Assembly: GCA_963765205.1 (NCBI GenBank)
Contig: CAVXVB010000012.1
Location: forward strand, 1-62,260
From: an uncultured Verrucomicrobiae bacterium
Lineage (GTDB): Bacteria; Verrucomicrobiota; Verrucomicrobiia; Opitutales; JABDGR01
Length of the DNA: 62,260 nucleotides
Reading direction: 5' to 3'
Positions 21,601 through 28,661 of this stretch are shown in pieces; the first letter of the stretch is position 1; each line of letters begins with the position of its first letter. The notes under the pieces were generated by a model, which saw nothing but the letters and a program-made list of their open reading frames with translations, did not search any database and had not been told where the DNA came from. A program made the position numbers and the translations under genes.

Positions 21601-21892
21601 CATAGCAAACGCCACGTTGGCTGCAAATGGCACCATTACGGCGAGCAGCACATCAACGGCAAACAGCGCGATTCTTGGTGCTGACGCTGTCGGCCTAAAT
21701 ATCAAGGCTCCCGGATTGGCGATCCTTAAAGTCCAAAATGCCACCCCGGCGAACGACATCGTCGTTTCGGTGCAGGACGGGTCTGGAACGACTGTTGGCA
21801 CGCCCGTTGCCGTCCATGTGCAGCTTCAATCCAACTCAGGCGGAACAAATTCAAAATCAATCAGTTCAAGTTCTGATGGCGAAAGCAAGTAA
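18629..21892 (+). CDS. Large hypothetical secreted protein (1087 aa)
   Basis: Long ORF in visibly more AT-rich DNA; N-terminal hydrophobic signal-like stretch; Pro/Gln/Ala linker; no family recognised. Confidence 0.75.
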   Translation: MIALHSYRPILAVFAIGIFTLTVQTVRGQGYRANSKPSADSQSSSVDLSQDKVGAVSVSMTAIRWDEVASQMKADIVPLTPKDAFQQVQGLSGLSSASEINISSLLVSLGYKLGVASSTSGNNTASTSGNQTPAGPVALPEFTGNLTMDLRLNYEEATALMQWLTALNQRIQYANANGYSAYLVNLNLDLAVYKSNAPVNVFTTLTFFSYDENNPKKLNEKQPIVIPILATDDLEEFRVNNVAQQLQNRELDLAGAFHLFNGAVSASNSNNGSRNFAGDQFNSLNTSAPFAQNGYLIRFGARQTTNGLGLVPQSQLVPIVVLVPSHDNSSSEKTMVPPDIRWVSYTVMRDAFTGTVLPQLTRANRLDTVSVDLRGFYDPDKSTDSPIEKLAKDIVDQLVAPFTPETPSENPKSIKNTLLNDVRDTNVTDFYSVLRKLDAENGNLSITVERDDLGNVKFSENHGDKTNYADPEVAQRIWTTLAGDIFENAKFNSGNLTILEEPTPELPIKQALILTDDGKSTTTTIAGGDFLSAHRLMAKLTLNNTPKLTLDGRGVFPATKDESEHDGAPAPGASVLSGLHPKIASGTTWTLDGPIELDNVTVAIPLQAGAGFFLDKRIPLPLTLGNGNITVTGNLTLNVDKDASAQYANGTYPLENGTYPLSITGNFKITGMQGLSPLSGPNSSAINLVPPTDAIAVKGDIAITVNNGQVYAKQAEIPIKAITFDWHNATTASADQPPPAPVQPPPAAAQPAPVTPKLSLDGQLKLDIAGMLPATDKPTPPKDLTVNATLALNAEATFPINGNDQVKSDYYTFLAQSVTTSADGHNVTLTFPSLKNLGIGKAGAALSSKTGADASGGADDGSTIVQLPSSDLTLTDTEFYVSTLTPPVGQKEESEYGPLFLSTPSEKSLQPSQGSEAIKLKVSTPIMLVNSSGNGTLNVWVAMNAATSANLAFNATLNPKNTYYLNVAGADVDLAPSSSSNVTANGAFNTGIANATLAANGTITASSTSTANSAILGADAVGLNIKAPGLAILKVQNATPANDIVVSVQDGSGTTVGTPVAVHVQLQSNSGGTNSKSISSSSDGESK

Positions 21893-22037
21893 GACCTGGA
21901 CCGTCGCCGAAATTTGATTGGGGTGTTCGACAACAAACCAGATTCCTTGTAGCTAACGGAATGCCATGCCACATAACATTTCCATAAGGGTCATTTATGG
22001 AATTGCAATAATCTCATTCGCAAGTAAAAGCAGGTTT

Positions 22038-22784
22038 ATGAACAAGCGACTCACGAGCCTTCTGTTGATCATTCTCTTGGGGGGATGTTGCTGCCCGGGG
22101 TTCAATGCCAATTTGGCGGCCCAACCGGCATCAAATTCAACCGCTTCCTCGACTGGCAATCTACCCGACCATACGGTCTATTTGACGGGAACGGAAAATG
22201 TCTGGAATACCTTTCCTAAATGTCCGGCCCTTGGCTCCGAAATTGACCAAAGCGACCTTTTGATAACGCTATCTATTCAAGCTTCGCGCACGATCGAGCA
22301 AAAGAAAGAGGCCTTTCAGGATAATGACTATTCCATCAAGCTGGTGACTGCACTCATCGACCCCGCGTTCGACGTAAAGTATCAGCATGTATTCCATGTG
22401 CTCAACAACGCCGATGGCGACGCTTATGTCATCACGGCGATAGTTAAAAAGGCCAACGGCCGATTGAGGCCATATGTTCAGCATCCAATTTTAGTTCAAC
22501 CACTCGTTACATCAGGCGATTTTAGCTACCCGAGCGGACATGCTTCCGGCATGGAGCTTCAAGCGCGAATCCTGGGAACTCTCTTTCCCAACCAAGCCGA
22601 CGCGTTGCTTAACCGTGCACGGCAAATTGCAGATAGTCGGGTCGTCGCCGGGGTTAATTACACCAGCGATACTGAAGCCGGGCTTACCTTAGGCGACCTG
22701 CTTTTTACTGAACTTGAGGCCAACGACAAATTCAAGAACGATCTATCTACGGCCGAAACGCTGGACAAAATTTCGACTAAATGA
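22038..22784 (+). CDS. PAP2-superfamily (class A acid phosphatase-like) protein, probable lipoprotein
   Basis: Motifs KKANGRLRP, SYPSGH and SRVVAGVNYTSD; lipobox-like LLGGC after MNKRL. Start placed at ATG 22038. Confidence 0.8.
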   Translation: MNKRLTSLLLIILLGGCCCPGFNANLAAQPASNSTASSTGNLPDHTVYLTGTENVWNTFPKCPALGSEIDQSDLLITLSIQASRTIEQKKEAFQDNDYSIKLVTALIDPAFDVKYQHVFHVLNNADGDAYVITAIVKKANGRLRPYVQHPILVQPLVTSGDFSYPSGHASGMELQARILGTLFPNQADALLNRARQIADSRVVAGVNYTSDTEAGLTLGDLLFTELEANDKFKNDLSTAETLDKISTK

Positions 22785-23214
22785 GTAAAATGCAGCTGTT
22801 AATGGCTTCAGGGCTGAGAGGGATATTTACTGCTACGGATTCAATGAAATGTCCGACTTGCGGCGCGGTCAAAAATCGGTTGAATTCGTAGTGTGTGTGT
22901 CCGCTATACCCTTTACAAGTCCGATGCGGCGCTGGCGGTAGCTTGGGATGCATGACCTTTTTCGTTTCGATTGTTCAGCAAATCCTTGCCGGGATGATTG
23001 AAGCAAGGCAAAGGTCATCAACAACGACCAAGTTGCAGAAATCCACCGCGCCCCAGGGGGCGGGCGTGAAGTGGCGACGCCGGGGGAAAAATAAGGGCCG
23101 TCCTCATCGGGATTGCCCAAGGATCGCGTAATTCGCGTAATTCGCGTTTTGCGCAAGGACGGGGGCGGGGCGTTTGCGGTAGGGTGGGCGCATGTTTTTA
23201 ACGATTCCTTCGCC

Positions 23215-23409
23215 ATGATCCCCCTCCGCTCCTCCGCCATCCGGGCGGCGGGTTACGACCCGCTTTCCCGGCGCCTGCTCATCCGGTTCACCCGTGGTGG
23301 TTCCTTCACCTTTTACCGGGTGCCGGAGTCCATCTTCCACGGTCTTGTGCGCGCCGGGTCGCCGGGCCGTTTCTATAACACCCATATCCGTGGCCGCTTC
23401 GGCCCCTAA
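23215..23409 (+). CDS. KTSC domain protein
   Basis: 64 aa: SSAIRAAGYD...LLIRF..G..F.FY.VP..IF..L..A.SPGRFYN.HIRG matches the KTSC pattern. Confidence 0.85.
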   Translation: MIPLRSSAIRAAGYDPLSRRLLIRFTRGGSFTFYRVPESIFHGLVRAGSPGRFYNTHIRGRFGP

Positions 23410-23413
23410 TTCC

Positions 23414-24322
23414 ATGACCACCAGAAAATCCAAAATCGCGCGGCTTCCGGTCGCGCTTCGCGACGAACTAAACCAGCGCCTGCTTGACGGGGCGGAGGGC
23501 GCGCAACTGGTTGTATGGCTAAACGACCTGCCCACGGTGCGGGAACTGTTGGCGAAGGATTTCGCCGGCCGGCCCATCACCGAGCAGAATCTGAGCGAAT
23601 GGAAACAAGGTGGCTACGAGGACTGGCTCCGTCATCAGGAGGCGCGGGACTGGGTGCGTGCGTGCCGCGTGGAAGCCGCGGAGTTGGGTGAGGATGCGGG
23701 CGCTTTCTCGGTGGCTGATTGTCTCTCTCCGGCGCTGGCCGTCGCGCTGGGCCGCTGGCTGCGCCATGCCGCCGCCCATGCGCCAAATGATCCGGCGCAG
23801 GCGAACGCTTTGTTGGTCGTGGCGGAGGCGGTGGACCGGGTTCGGCGCGGCGACCATCGCGCCCAATCGCTGCGCTTGGACCGCGAGCGCTTCGAAATGC
23901 AGTTTTGCGCCGGCTTCCTCAAATGGCGGAAAAACGAAAAGGCCAACGCCATCGCCGAGGACAAGACTTTCGACAATCGGGCTAAAATCGCGCTCCTGCG
24001 CAAACTCATGTTTGGAGACCGGCTCGAATCGGGTAAAGAAGAAATGCCTGAAATGCCTGCTCCGCAGGACGCCACGATGGGCGCCACCGGCTCCGCTGCC
24101 GTGAACGAAGCGCCTCATCCCGTGGCCGCTGAAGGGCCGAGTGCTGTGGCCGCCGCATCCGTCCACCTTGAGCCGGCCAATTTGCCTGCCGCTCCCAAGC
24201 AAACCAGCCTAATCCAACCAAATTCAAGCAAATCCAACCAAATACCGCCCATGGATCCAAACAGCCACAGAGAGTTGGTTGGATTAGGCCCTCCCGGCCC
24301 CCCATACACCCTCCTTTGCTGA
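23414..24322 (+). CDS. Hypothetical protein with DUF3486 (phage Mu gp27)-like N-terminus
   Basis: N-terminus RKSKIARLPVALRDELNQRL resembles DUF3486; low-complexity C-terminal tail. Confidence 0.55.
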   Translation: MTTRKSKIARLPVALRDELNQRLLDGAEGAQLVVWLNDLPTVRELLAKDFAGRPITEQNLSEWKQGGYEDWLRHQEARDWVRACRVEAAELGEDAGAFSVADCLSPALAVALGRWLRHAAAHAPNDPAQANALLVVAEAVDRVRRGDHRAQSLRLDRERFEMQFCAGFLKWRKNEKANAIAEDKTFDNRAKIALLRKLMFGDRLESGKEEMPEMPAPQDATMGATGSAAVNEAPHPVAAEGPSAVAAASVHLEPANLPAAPKQTSLIQPNSSKSNQIPPMDPNSHRELVGLGPPGPPYTLLC

Positions 24323-24442
24323 ATATTTAACAACCAGCACATTTCATGCCAATATCATTGATAGTCAACGGGTTGCGAAATCTGGAAAAGCGAACTAACT
24401 GCATGGCAACCAATCGGTTAGATTGGAATACCTAAATGTGGC

Positions 24443-24571
24443 TTAACACCGTTTTAACGGAAAGACCGCGCCTCTTCATTATGCAGCCGGGGAAGGATGC
24501 GATATTATGGCCCCATGATCAACGAGGTTTGCTCGAATTTGATCACCCGCCGCCTGGCGGGGCTTTTTTAA
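24443..24571 (+). promoter_or_regulatory. Putative kdpA1 promoter and attenuator-like leader
   Basis: TTAAC repeat at 11-bp period (24443, 24454); TATTAT at 24503; hairpin 24516-24545; GC hairpin CCCGCC-gcct-GGCGGG (24546-24561) followed by T6, ending 30 nt before the ATG. Confidence 0.5.
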
Positions 24572-24598
24572 ATCAGCCAAAATCATCTCCCGCTTACC

Positions 24599-26509
24599 AT
24601 GAATTCCAACGCTGTCATCGAAACTGTTTTATTCTTCGGGATTGGCATCGCGCTGACCCCGCCGCTGGGCAACTACATGGCGCGCGTGTTCAAGGGCGAG
24701 AAGACCTTTCTCCAGCGCTTCATCCTCCCGTTTGAGAAACTCATCTACCAGCTCAGCGGCGTGGACTCCGCCGAGGAGATGACCTGGCTGCGCTACTTGT
24801 GGGCGGTGGTGGTTATGGGTTTGGCGGGGGTGTTTGCACTCATGGTGATTTTCATGACCCAGCAATGGGAGCCGCATTTTCTCAACCCCCAGGGGCTGCC
24901 CAATGTCTCCTGGAACATGGCCTTTAACGAGGCCTGGAGTTTCACTTGCAACGCCGACTGGCAGGACTACTCGGGTGAGTCCACCTACAGTTATTTCTCC
25001 CAGGTCTGCGGCGTGATGGTGCACCAGTTCATCAGCGGCTCGACCGGGCTGGCGATTCTGGTGGCCTGCGGCCGGGCGCTCAAGCGCGCCTCGACCAAGA
25101 GCATCGGCAACTTCTGGGTGGATGTGACCCGCTGCCTGCTCTACATCACCCTTCCGCTCTCGGCCTTGTTCGGCCTTTTCCTCATGTCGCAGGGTGTTCC
25201 GCAGACGATGGGTGATTATCCGAACGCCACGGTGGTCGAGCCCTATAACAATCAAATTCCCAAGCTGGACGACAAGGGCAACCCCGTGACCACCAAAGTC
25301 GCGGTTACCGAATCCAAGCCCAAGCTCGATGCGTCCGGCCAGCCCGTCAACGGCCCCGATGGCAAGCCCGTGATGATGGACGTGCCCAAGCTGGACGACA
25401 AAGGCCAGCCGGTGATGACCGACCAGCCGGTGATGGTGGACAATCGTGTGGACTCGCAGACGATACCGATTGGCCTGGTGGCGTCCTTCGAGTCCATCAA
25501 GCAGCTCTTCACCAATGGCGGCGGCTGGTATGGCGTCAACAGCGCCCATCCTTTTGAAAATCCGACGCCATTCGCGGACTTCCTCGAATTGCTGGCCATC
25601 ATCATTGTGCCCATGGCGCAGGTCTATATGTTCGGCGTGCTCGTCGCCAACAAGCGCCACGCTTGGTGCCTCTTTGCGGTCATGCTGGTGTTGTATCTAT
25701 TCTCCTTCGGCGTGGGTTGGTGGGCGGAGTCGCAGCCCAACCCCGTGCTCGGCGCGCAATACCGCCCGTTGATGGAGGGCAAGGAAGTGCGTAATGGCGT
25801 TGAGAACAGCGTGCTCTGGGCCGTCTCTTGCACCGCCATTGACAACGGCTCGGTCAACTGCATGCACGACAGCCTGATGCCGCTGGCCGGCCTGATGCCA
25901 ATGTGGAACATCATGATCGGGGAAATGCTCTTCGGCGGCATCGGCTGCGGCATGTATTGCATGCTCTTCCATGTGCTCATCACCGTCTTCATCTGCGGGC
26001 TGATGATCGGGCGAACTCCCGAGTATCTCGGCAAAAAACTCGGGGCGTGGGAGGCGTCCTGGGCGGTTGTGGGCGTGCTGCTGCCCAACGCCGCCGCGCT
26101 CATCCCTGCCGCCTTTGCCTGCGTTACGGCCTGGGGCCAGGCGGGCCTGACCAATCACGGCCCGCACGGCTTGAGCGAAATTTTGTATGCCTACGCGGAG
26201 GCGGCCAATAACAACGGCAGCGCCTTCGCCGGCCTGACGGTCAACACTGTCCCTTATGACCTGACGCTGGGCCTCTCGATCATCATCGGCCGCTTCGCGC
26301 CGATTGTGGCCGCGCTCGCCATTGTCGGCAACCTGGCCAAGAAAAAGACGGTCGAGGCCTCCGCCGGCACCCTGCCGACGCACGGCTGGACTTTCGGCCT
26401 CAGCCTCACCGGCGTTATCGTCATTGTCGCGGCGCTGACCTTTTTCCCCGCCCTGCTGCTTGGGCCCTTCATCGAGCATGGCCTGATGCTGGCCGGGCGG
26501 GCATTCTAG
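24599..26509 (+). CDS. kdpA: K+-transporting ATPase subunit A, divergent copy 1
   Basis: YSGEST, TNGGG, NSAHPFENPTP, EGKEVR, GRTPEYLGKK, NxGPHGLSEILYA, NNNGSAFAG. Confidence 0.92.
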   Translation: MNSNAVIETVLFFGIGIALTPPLGNYMARVFKGEKTFLQRFILPFEKLIYQLSGVDSAEEMTWLRYLWAVVVMGLAGVFALMVIFMTQQWEPHFLNPQGLPNVSWNMAFNEAWSFTCNADWQDYSGESTYSYFSQVCGVMVHQFISGSTGLAILVACGRALKRASTKSIGNFWVDVTRCLLYITLPLSALFGLFLMSQGVPQTMGDYPNATVVEPYNNQIPKLDDKGNPVTTKVAVTESKPKLDASGQPVNGPDGKPVMMDVPKLDDKGQPVMTDQPVMVDNRVDSQTIPIGLVASFESIKQLFTNGGGWYGVNSAHPFENPTPFADFLELLAIIIVPMAQVYMFGVLVANKRHAWCLFAVMLVLYLFSFGVGWWAESQPNPVLGAQYRPLMEGKEVRNGVENSVLWAVSCTAIDNGSVNCMHDSLMPLAGLMPMWNIMIGEMLFGGIGCGMYCMLFHVLITVFICGLMIGRTPEYLGKKLGAWEASWAVVGVLLPNAAALIPAAFACVTAWGQAGLTNHGPHGLSEILYAYAEAANNNGSAFAGLTVNTVPYDLTLGLSIIIGRFAPIVAALAIVGNLAKKKTVEASAGTLPTHGWTFGLSLTGVIVIVAALTFFPALLLGPFIEHGLMLAGRAF

Positions 26510-26515
26510 CTGTGG

Positions 26516-26556
26516 CTCGATGGGGACATTCTCTCCTAAGAGAATCCCCTATCGAG
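26516..26556 (+). terminator. Imperfect stem-loop after kdpA1 (terminator or processing site)
   Basis: CTCGAT/ATCGAG, GGGGA/TCCCC and ATTCTCT/AGAGAAT arms; no U-tract. Confidence 0.4.
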
Positions 26557-26599
26557 ATATGGCACCGCTTGTCCGACCCGGACAAAGCTAATCAATGGA

Positions 26600-26616
26600 T
26601 TTATAACTCTTTTATA
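26600..26616 (+). promoter_or_regulatory. KdpE-box-like direct repeat upstream of kdpA2
   Basis: TTTATA-ACTCT-TTTATA, same geometry as the E. coli KdpE site TTTATA-CTTTT-TTTACA. Confidence 0.55.
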
Positions 26617-26720
26617 AGTAACGTTTAACGGGGAAAATATTTGCAACTCAATGTTTCCTTAACATCCCGACGCCCGATTTTAACTAGGTATTTCGAGCAA
26701 TAGCGCGTAGAATCGGCACC

Positions 26721-28625
26721 ATGAACTCCAACGAAATCATTCAGGTGGTGTTTTTCTTCGGTGCGGTGATTGGGCTGGCGCCCGTCCTCGGCCGCTTCAT
26801 GGCGCGCGTCTTCTCCGGGCAGCGGACCTTTCTGCATCCCGTCCTCCAGCCGGTCGAGAACGCCGTCTATAAGGTGAGCGGCATCAACCCGGCCGAGGAA
26901 ATGACCTGGCTGCGCTATTTCTGGGCGGTCTTAATCTTCAATGTCGTGGGGCTGCTCTCCCTCATGGCCATCCAGATGACGCAGGCCTGGTTGCCGCTCA
27001 ACCCGCAGAAGTTCGACAACGTCCCTTGGGCGCTGGCGCTAAATACGGCGGTCAGCTTCGTCACGAACACCAACTGGCAGGCGTATTCGGGCGAATCCAC
27101 CCTGAGTTACTTCACGCAAATGGCCGGGCTGGCCGTGCACAACTTCCTTAGTGCAGCGACGGGCATTGCCATTCTGCTGGCCCTGGCGCGCGGGCTGAAG
27201 CGCGCCTCGTCGAAGGTTCTTGGTTGCTTCTGGGTGGATATGACCCGTGCGACCCTTTATGTGCTGGCGCCGCTTTCCATTATCTTCGCCATGGGCTTGA
27301 TGAGCCAAGGGGTGGTGCAAAATTTTTCCAGCTATGCAAACGCCACCGTGATCGAGCCTTACAATAATCAAATTCCCAAGCTGGACGACAAGGGCAACCC
27401 GGTGACGACCAAAGTCGCGGTCACGGAATCGAAGCCCAAGCTCGATGCCGCGGGCAAACCCGTGAACGGTCCGGATGGCAAACCGGTGATGATGGACGTG
27501 GCCAAGCTGGACGACAAAGGCCAGCCGGTCATGACCGACCAGCCCGTGATGGTGGACAACCGCGTGGACTCCCAGACTATTCCCACCGGCCCGGCGGCCT
27601 CGCAAATTGCGATCAAGCAACTGGGCACCAATGGCGGCGGCTTCTTTGGCCAAAACAGCTCGCATCCCTTTGAAAATCCAACGCCGCTGAGCAATTTCAT
27701 CGAAGTGTTCGGCCTGATCATTATTGCGGCGAGCTTGGTCTATACCTTTGGGCTGCTGGTCGGTGATGCGCGCCAGGCGCGGGTTTTATTCGGCGTCATG
27801 CTGGCGCTGCTGGTGGGCGCTTTTGCGGTTGCCTGGTGGGCGGAATCCCAGCCCAACCCGGTCCTCGGTAACACCTACCAGCCTTTGCTGGAAGGCAAGG
27901 AGGTCCGCTTGGGAGTGATGAACAGCATCCTCTTCTCAGTGGCGACCACGGGCACCTCGTGCGGCGCGGTCAATGCCATGCACGACAGCTTCATGCCGCT
28001 GGCCGGCCTCGCGCCGCTGTGGAACTTGATGCTCGGCTGCATCGTGTTTGGCGGCGTCGGCGCGGGCTTGTATGGCATCATGCTGCACGTGCTCATCACC
28101 GTGTTTATCGCGGGGCTGCTGATTGGGCGCACGCCGGAATACCTCGGTAAAAAAATTCAGACCTGGGAGGCCACTTTTGCGGTGGCCGGCATTCTCATTC
28201 CCAACATGATCATTCTGCTCGGCTCGGCTGTCGCCAGCCAATCCGCCGACGCGCTTTCGAGCCTCGGCAACCATGGGCCGCATGGGCTGAGCGAACTTCT
28301 TTATGCCTTTGCGTCCAGCGCCAACAATAATGGCAGCGCGTTTGCGGGCCTGAACGCAAACACGAATTTTTACAACCTGATCCTGGCTGCGGCGATGTTT
28401 CTGGGCCGGTTTGGCGTTGCGTTCTGCGTGCTGGCGATTGCCGGCGGGCTGGCCGCGAAAAAGACCGTGCCCACCTCGGCCGGCACCCTGCCCACGCATG
28501 GCTGGACCTTCGGCCTGACGCTCACCGGCGTCATCGTCATCGTCGCGGCCCTGACTTTCTTCCCCGCGTTGCTGCTTGGGCCCTTTGTCGAACACGGCCT
28601 GATGCTGGCCGGCCGGTCCTTCTAA
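26721..28625 (+). CDS. kdpA: K+-transporting ATPase subunit A, copy 2
   Basis: Canonical filter motifs FVTNTNWQ, LGTNGGG, TSCGAV, NNNGSA. Confidence 0.96.
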   Translation: MNSNEIIQVVFFFGAVIGLAPVLGRFMARVFSGQRTFLHPVLQPVENAVYKVSGINPAEEMTWLRYFWAVLIFNVVGLLSLMAIQMTQAWLPLNPQKFDNVPWALALNTAVSFVTNTNWQAYSGESTLSYFTQMAGLAVHNFLSAATGIAILLALARGLKRASSKVLGCFWVDMTRATLYVLAPLSIIFAMGLMSQGVVQNFSSYANATVIEPYNNQIPKLDDKGNPVTTKVAVTESKPKLDAAGKPVNGPDGKPVMMDVAKLDDKGQPVMTDQPVMVDNRVDSQTIPTGPAASQIAIKQLGTNGGGFFGQNSSHPFENPTPLSNFIEVFGLIIIAASLVYTFGLLVGDARQARVLFGVMLALLVGAFAVAWWAESQPNPVLGNTYQPLLEGKEVRLGVMNSILFSVATTGTSCGAVNAMHDSFMPLAGLAPLWNLMLGCIVFGGVGAGLYGIMLHVLITVFIAGLLIGRTPEYLGKKIQTWEATFAVAGILIPNMIILLGSAVASQSADALSSLGNHGPHGLSELLYAFASSANNNGSAFAGLNANTNFYNLILAAAMFLGRFGVAFCVLAIAGGLAAKKTVPTSAGTLPTHGWTFGLTLTGVIVIVAALTFFPALLLGPFVEHGLMLAGRSF

Positions 28626-28661
28626 CCACCGCGGAAATTTTAACCACGGAGAATTATTACC

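Noticed and set aside
24323..24598. c-di-AMP riboswitch or kdpF upstream of kdpA1
   Set aside because: No GGGGGAACC or CAGCTAAC blocks, and no hydrophobic ~29-aa ORF with a YL...L..PE.F pattern.
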